Below the pieces are notes generated by a model. The model was given only the letters and a program-made list of their open reading frames with translations. It made no database searches and was not told the DNA's origin. Shown here one piece after another: positions 57,305-64,000 of a DNA stretch of 64,000 nucleotides (positions are counted from its first letter, which is position 1; each line of letters begins with the position of its first letter). The translations under genes were made by a program, and so were the position numbers. Source of the stretch: Emiliania huxleyi CCMP1516. Lineage: Eukaryota. The stretch spans positions 682,001 to 746,000 of the forward strand of contig NW_005201192.1 in NCBI RefSeq assembly GCF_000372725.1. The letters are read 5' to 3'.

Positions 57305-57929
57305 GGAGACGGCAGGCGATCTTGGTCAGCTTTAGCCGTGTCGTGTACGTAGCGACTGACGGAAATTCGGAAAACTCCATACGATAAGATCGAGCGCCAG
57401 CCGCCACCAAAATCACGCTTAGCGGAGGTGATTGGTGGCGCTCGATCTTACCCTGGTGAGGCGGTAGCGCCTGAACATGTACATGTATTACACTTGCCAG
57501 GCGCGAAACACCGAACTCACTGCACACTGCAGCAGTGGCCAGTGCCGGCTGCCGCACAGCGCTTCACCCCAAAGCCAAACGTGAAAGACGAAAACGAAAA
57601 TCAGTAGCCGGATTCCAGATAGACCCTCTGACAGACCTCTGATGTGTGACAAACCCTCTCGCCTCTGTGGCCCCTTCGACTTCTGGTGGCCCCTTCGACC
57701 TCTGGCGCGTGGCGGCCCCTCCGACCTCTGGCTCTGCGGCTCTGGTGCGCCCGATATGCCCCCCGCCTATCCCCGGGCAGCGCCGCCTACAAGTACAAAC
57801 TTAAACTGTTATACCCGATTAGAGAAATCGCTAAACCCAGATCGTGACGGGAGGAGTCGTAAAAGTGCGCTTAGAAACTCGCTAAACCCTCACACCGTCG
57901 GCCGAGCTCGAGACACGCATGCCCAACCT

Positions 57930-58711
57930 GTGGCTGCCTCGCGCTCGTCCTGAGCGTCCATGGTGTCATTCGTTCGCCACGGCAGCGGCAGCTCGGCGCG
58001 GCCGTTGCACTGCGGCCGTAAAAGCTTAAAAAACTCGCTGAAACCTCTTCCGGAGGCCGCTGCGCAGCCGTAAAAGTGCGATTTAGACCGAGTGTTAGGC
58101 CTCTATAAAAGTTTAGTATGTACTTGTTCAAAAAAAAAGGCTTAAATTTTCTTTGAGCAGGCTCTGGTGAAAATCTTCAAACATCCCGGCATACCAGCTC
58201 TGGTGCACCCTGGTTTTTGTCATTCAATCGAATGACACGTTTCGTTGATTGCCCGACACAGTCCACGGACGGACGTGAGGCCCTGAAGCTCCAGCGGAGT
58301 CTTCTCAAAGCTTCCGCGTGGCTGCCTCGCGCTCGTCCTGAGCGTTCATGGTGTCATTCGTTCGCCACGGCAGCGGCAGCTCGGCGCGGCCGTTGCACTG
58401 CGGCCGTAAAAGCTTAAAAAACTCGCTGAAACCTCTTCGAGGCCGCTGCGCAGCCGTAAAAGTGCGATTTAGACCGAGTGTTAGGCCTCTACCATGGTAT
58501 AAAAGTTTAGTACTTGTTAACCCCTTTCCTTCCCCGGGGAAGGCCTTTATACTAAGTAGTAAAAATTTAGTGGTACTTGTTCAAAAAAGAAAGGCTAAAT
58601 TTTCTTTGAGCAGGCTCTGGTGAAATTCTTCAACCCGGCATACCAGCTCTGGTGCATGGGGCCTGGTTTTGTCATTCAATCGGGTTTCGTTGATTGCCCG
58701 ACGTTCCACGG
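57930..58711. repeat. Tandem duplication, period about 388 bp
   Basis: GTGGCTGCCTCGCGCTCGTCCTGAGCGT...GATTGCCCGAC at 57930-58267 and 58318-58711. Confidence 0.92.
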
Positions 58712-61700
58712 TGATGTGGGGTGTTCAGTGTTTTTTTTTGAGTGTGTGAGTCAAGGCCGCCGCGTGGCCCCGGTTTGCTGGCGGAGCGGGCAATTCTTCA
58801 AACATCCCGGCACCCCTTGCTGCGCAGCAGGGTGTAGTTCGGGCCCACCTCCGCCACGCTGTCCAGCACGTGGACGGCGCTCGCCATCTCGACCGCGTCG
58901 TCCTCCGGCGGAAGCTCCGCGTCGCCCGCGGCCGCTTCCCGAGCGCGCTCGTCGCGCATCCGCTCGTGGTAGGCCTGCCGACGCGCCACGCCGGCGCCCG
59001 TGTGCCTCGCCGCCGCGTCCGGCGACGGCATCGGTGCTGTCCGCACGAGCGTGACTCGCCACTCCACGACGTCCACGATCTCCACGACCGACCGCCGAAA
59101 AGTTCTCCGACGCCGCTGCCCCAAACTAAATCTTTCTACAGTTACATACACAACGCCAGGAGGACGCCCACCTTGCCAGAACCTAAAAGGTGGGCGTCAC
59201 ACAGGTAGAGGCTAGAGGTAGAGCCTGCTAGAGCTGGACCAGCTGTCACACTCACAGGAGACCAGTCGAAAAAGCTCTCTATAACGCTAGAGGACGCCCA
59301 CCAAAACGCCTAATAGGTTTAATAATAATGTATAAGGCCCTCGGCGATGCTCAAAAATGGCGCCGGGCCCCGGGCTGGCGGCTGCCAAAACGCGCCATGT
59401 GCATGTCAGATGTCTCCCGGCTGCGGCCTCGGCGACGGCGTGCTCAGTGAGGCTGTGGGCTGTGGCGTGTGCATGGGCGTGTGGCCTGTGCCGCGTGCCG
59501 CGGACGGCGGTCGGCGCGTTGCAAGCCAGGGATGGGAGAGCGAGAGAGATTTTAGAAAACCAACAAGAAATCACGTCTCTTCTTCTTGAGAGCGAGACAG
59601 AAAACAAAAAGCCAGCAAAATTTCTCCGACGAGAGGTGTGAAGCGCGCCTTTCGTGGGCGGGTGGCCCGCCCGGCCGTCGGTGAGCACCGGACGCGGGTC
59701 GATCGGCTCCTAGGTAGGTAATGCGATAGTAGCTCACACAGAGGCCGTCATCGCATTCGCCTTCCTGAGACCCAGTGGCAGTGCTGACTTCTGACTGTCG
59801 TCGCTGTCTCTCCCTTCTCGACTGTCTGTGCTCGTGTCTTGGGCCCCACTGTGTGCTTTATGCGGCGGTATATTTTTGGGCTATCTCTCCTCAAAAACGA
59901 TGTCAAGCGCCCGCTCGCAGCCAGCACGCGCCGCGCCCCTGGGCGCTCCCCGCTGCGGCGCGCCGCCCGCGCGCGGGTTGCCCGGGCGAGCGACCGCCAC
60001 CGCTCGCCCCTCAGCACCCTCTGCCCGCGCACGGCCGACGCGCAAGCCCGCGGTCGCGCGCGAGCCGTCGCTTTGCGCACGCCGCCGTCTACCCGCGCTC
60101 GCTCGCGAACGAGTCAGACGACCCTATCTTCCGAGTAGCGGAGGTGTGCTTGCACCCCGTTCCCAAGGCACATGCACTTTGGAGGGAGAAAGTAATCGCG
60201 GCGGGGCCCGCAATCTCACATTTTGCGACTCACCCCCGCAGGCGCGTTCTCGGCGTGCTGCTCCTGAACAGGTTTTGCGGCCGCCCCGAGAGGGGGAGCG
60301 GCCGCTTCTCCGCACCATCGGCCCACGGCATCCTGGGCGGCGTCGGCGCCGCCCCAACGGCCGGCTCGGGCGCTTGCCGCCCCGCCTCGGCTACACTTTG
60401 CCGCGGCGATCCACCGGTGCGCCGCCGCACCGCGCGCCTCCCCGGAGCCTCTGTACGGCGCGATGAGCCGCCTCGGCTGCCGCCGTGGTTGCGCCGGCGC
60501 CCCTCCCGCACGGCGCGACGCGACCGCAGCCGCGTGCGTGTTCTCACTCACCTCTCCCGCCCGCGCGTCCGCCTCTCAGACCCGCGCCTCCCCTTTCCCA
60601 GGCGCCATCACCGGCACGGCCGCCGCCGCCCGTGCGGCACCCGCGGCACCTCCCGCCCCCCCTGGCGATGCTGGCCGCTACCCCGCCGCCGTAGCTACCC
60701 TCCCCACCGCTGGTGCACCGCCTCCGCCGCCCCCCTCGGCGCTTCGCCCGTGATTTTGCCGCCTCCTCCTCCACCACCACCCGTCTAAGCTTCCGCCCGC
60801 CTTCTCGCCACCGCCGTCCGCGCCACCTCAGCCGCCCTCCCCGGCGCTGCACCGGCGCAGCAGTGCCGTCGGCGCCGCCGCCCGTGCCGCCTCGGCCTCT
60901 GCGCCTCCAACCTCGCCGCTTCCGCAGCGGTTCCGCCCTCGGCGCCTCCACCTCTCACCCGCCAGGTCGAACTTCCGCCGACGATGGTGCCACCGCTGCC
61001 GCCCCCCCCGCTCGAGCCTCGGCCGCCGCACCCCGCCGTCCGCGCCCCGCCGCCACCCCCTCCGTCACGGCACAAGCCGGCACCACCGCTACCACCGCTG
61101 GCTCCGCCCTAGACGCCGCCGACCGCTCGCAAGAGCGGCGAGCCCGGGGCCGACACCCCTCTGTTAGGTGACGGTCGACGGCTCCTTTCGAGGCTTTGTG
61201 GCCTTTTAAGAGGGCACCAGCAGCTTGGGGGGTGCGCGCTGGATGGCCGGCGCGGTGGAGCAGCGGCGCGGAGCCGGGGGTTCGACGTGCGGCCGTCGGT
61301 GGCGCGACACGCGGCCTCCGGTAGCGATTCGCCGCGGCTCCGGCGGTGCGATTTTTGTGCGTTTTCGAAGGCTGTGGGCGGGATAAGGCCGGCTAGACCG
61401 GCCCTGGTGTGCCCTAGTGTGTTCCCTTACACCCCTGGCCCGGGCGCAGTAGCGCGGTGCGCGTCCCGAAGGCGTAGGGGCTCAAAAAACAATTGATCAA
61501 GTTTTCAGCCACTTAGAGCACACAGTGGGGGTTGTGTTTTTGTGTGAGAAGCGTGTCTGACTGTCACTCACTGTGCTTGCGTGCGATTTCGGGCCCGGGG
61601 GTTGTGCTTTGTGTGAATAGACCAGCGATAAGGGTTTTGCTCACCTTCCCTGGGACCCCGTGTTGCATGTCTGACTGTCACTGTGCGATTTCGGGGCCGG

Positions 61701-61805
61701 GGGTGAAGTTGCATGGCGCCTTGTGAGCAGCGCTAAACCGCCGCATCTGGATCCACAATTACATGTCTGTGTCTGCTTTTGCCCCGCCGCTCCTGCCCCC
61801 CGCAG

Positions 61806-64000
61806 ATCCGACTGCGAGACCTCCTCTGGCTCCAACAATCGGGGCGCTTCCGCTCGCGCCCCCTCAGCCCTTCACTCCGCCAACCTTTACTCCGCCATCC
61901 TCGCCGCCACCACCAGCGTATCCGCCGCCCTCGTATCCCCCGCCCTCTCCTCCAGCATCTTCGCCTCTGCCACCTTCGTTTCCGCCAGCGTCACCTCAGC
62001 CGTGGTTCCCACCGCCATTCTCGCCACCACCTTTTCTACCACCCTCACCGCCGTCACCGTCGCCATCGCCGCCGCTCGCACCGCCGACGCCGCCATCCTC
62101 ACCGTCGCTTTCGCCGCCAGCAGTGCCACCACCAACCTCGCCGACGCCGCCTTCAGCGCCGACGCCGCCAGCGATACCTTCACCGGCATCGCCTCCACCG
62201 GCATCGCCGACGCCGCCTTCGGCACCGACGCCNNNNNNNNNNNNNNNNNNNNNNNNNNNNNNNNNNNNNNNNNNNNNNNNNNNNNNNNNNNNNNNNNNNN
62301 NNNNNNNNNNNNNNNNNNNNNNNNNNNNNNNNNNNNNNNNNNNNNNNNNNNNNNNNNNNNNNNNNNNNNNNNNNNNNNNNNNNNNNNNNNNNNNNNNNNN
62401 NNNNNNNNNNNNNNNNNNNNNNNNNNNNNNNNNNNNNNNNNNNNNNNNNNNNNNNNNNNNNNNNNNNNNNNNNNNNNNNNNNNNNNNNNNNNNNNNNNNN
62501 NNNNNNNNNNNNNNNNNNNNNNNNNNNNNNNNNNNNNNNNNNNNNNNNNNNNNNNNNNNNNNNNNNNNNNNNNNNNNNNNNNNNNNNNNNNNNNNNNNNN
62601 NNNNNNNNNNNNNNNNNNNNNNNNNNNNNNNNNNNNNNNNNNNNNNNNNNNNNNNNNNNNNNNNNNNNNNNNNNNNNNNNNNNNNNNNNNNNNNNNNNNN
62701 NNNNNNNNNNNNNNNNNNNNNNNNNNNNNNNNNNNNNNNNNNNNCGCCGCCGCCGTCACCGCCGCTGTGTGAAGCCGTGCTCGCGGACCAGGGGGACGGC
62801 TTGGGCCCGCTCATCGACCTGAGCGCCCTGGACCCGCCCGAGTCTTGCCACACGGACCCCGCGCGGTTGTACGACCCTCTGCTCTGCGAGCGAGCATACT
62901 GGCGCCAGCCCGAGGGCGCGCTGCAGCGCTGCGAGCACGCCTTCGGAGGCGTCGGCGGCCAGGAGCCGACGTGCCTGCTCTCGACTGAGCTCGTCTTCTG
63001 CTCGCCGCCGCCGCCGCCACTCGCTACGCCGGCCGGCTTCTGCGCGCAGCTCGAGCGGATGACTGACTTGCGCTCGCTCTCGCCTCCACAAACCTGCCAC
63101 TCCGACGCTACCCGCGCCCAACAGCCGGAGAAGTGCGCGGAGGCCTACGTCACGCAGGGCAACGGGCTTCTTCAGCGGTGTAAGCACGTCGGAGGTGGGC
63201 CGGCCGCCGCCGCCACTTGTGTCATGTCCCGCTTCATGACCCGCTGTGGCCTGCCGCCCACCCCTGACGATCTCTCGCCGCCGCCTGGTCCGACGCCGCT
63301 CTCGATCCCTCCGCCCTCGACCCCGTCCCAGCAGCCGCAGGCACTGCCGCCAATGAGCGAGGCCGCCATTGCCATCGTTATCGTCGCGGGTCTGTTGTCC
63401 TTCGTTGTCTGCCTCTGCCTCGCCGAAATCTGCTTTCTCTCCACACTGCGGAGGCAGCGGGTGTCACCGCAGCCGTGGCTGACCGCCGGGGTGGTGCGGC
63501 GCCGCGGCCGAAAGGGGCGCCGGAGGACGGGGCTGGCGACGCCACGCACTCGGGAGGTCGAGCGCGGCGGCTACGACATGACTCCCGTGCTCGCTGGCGG
63601 CGGCGGGTATGCCCTCGAGCGCCAGGTGGAGATGATGCAGGGAGGCGCATACGACGGCACGCCCCCGCGGCCAGCTCAAGACCCTTGGTATCACTCCCCC
63701 GCTCGGTGCCAATCACCCGGTGAGCCGGCGAGAAGTAACGAGTACATCGAGCGGCTCGGGCGGGCGGCCTCAGCACGCCAGACACCACCCCGTGGCGCCG
63801 CCTCCAGCGCAAGCGGCGGCAGCGGCAGCGGCGGCGTTGTTGGCACGGCGCCCAAGGACATCGAGATGCACATCGAGCGGCTCGAGCGCGCCACCGCGGA
63901 CATCCGCGCGAGGCGCACCGCGCACTCCAACATCTCCGACAGTGACCCCTCTCGCACCGGGACCCCGACGAACAGTGGCGCGGGGAACAAGCAACGCGAC
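61806..64000 (+). CDS. Pro/Ser-rich type I membrane protein with two Cys-rich repeats; spans a gap and runs off the window end
   Basis: Acceptor CCGCAG at 61805; PSPP stalk; [25 protein letters not shown] and [27 protein letters not shown] segment [19 protein letters not shown]; frame open to 64000. Confidence 0.75.

Noticed and set aside
59900..61171. Possible 5' exons of the terminal membrane protein
   Set aside because: Pro-rich and plausible, but I could not build a consistent reading frame
62233..62744. ORFs running through N-runs (also 9080, 24294, 27669, 34867, 36783, 43142)
   Set aside because: Assembly gaps; reading frame and length across them are unknown

Overview
Eukaryotic nuclear DNA from a draft assembly, GC-rich, with several N-gaps. 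The many GC-AG introns, 10-11 bp intronic minisatellites and the gene content are typical of a haptophyte alga such as Emiliania/Gephyrocapsa huxleyi (inferred, not database-checked). About 25 mostly intron-containing genes are visible. They include a DNAJC17-like chaperone, Mpv17/PMP22, cytochrome c, an FkbM methyltransferase, serine dehydratase, an S10 carboxypeptidase, NAT10, CFAP418, mL53, RRP42 and RibA. Between them lie at least seven TIR-bounded non-autonomous elements (two with exact 8-bp target-site duplications), a five-copy SINE-like repeat, a CRE/RLE-type non-LTR remnant and a Copia RNase H remnant. The most notable observations are: (1) several introns built from direct, tandem or inverted copies of the adjacent exon, which suggests intron birth by local duplication; (2) an isochorismatase-PH-CaMK kinase fusion; (3) a cytochrome c with a long N-terminal extension beginning with a myristoylation-like motif; (4) a PolX-type HhH plus esterase plus SIM protein. 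Exon boundaries were read by eye and are predictions.
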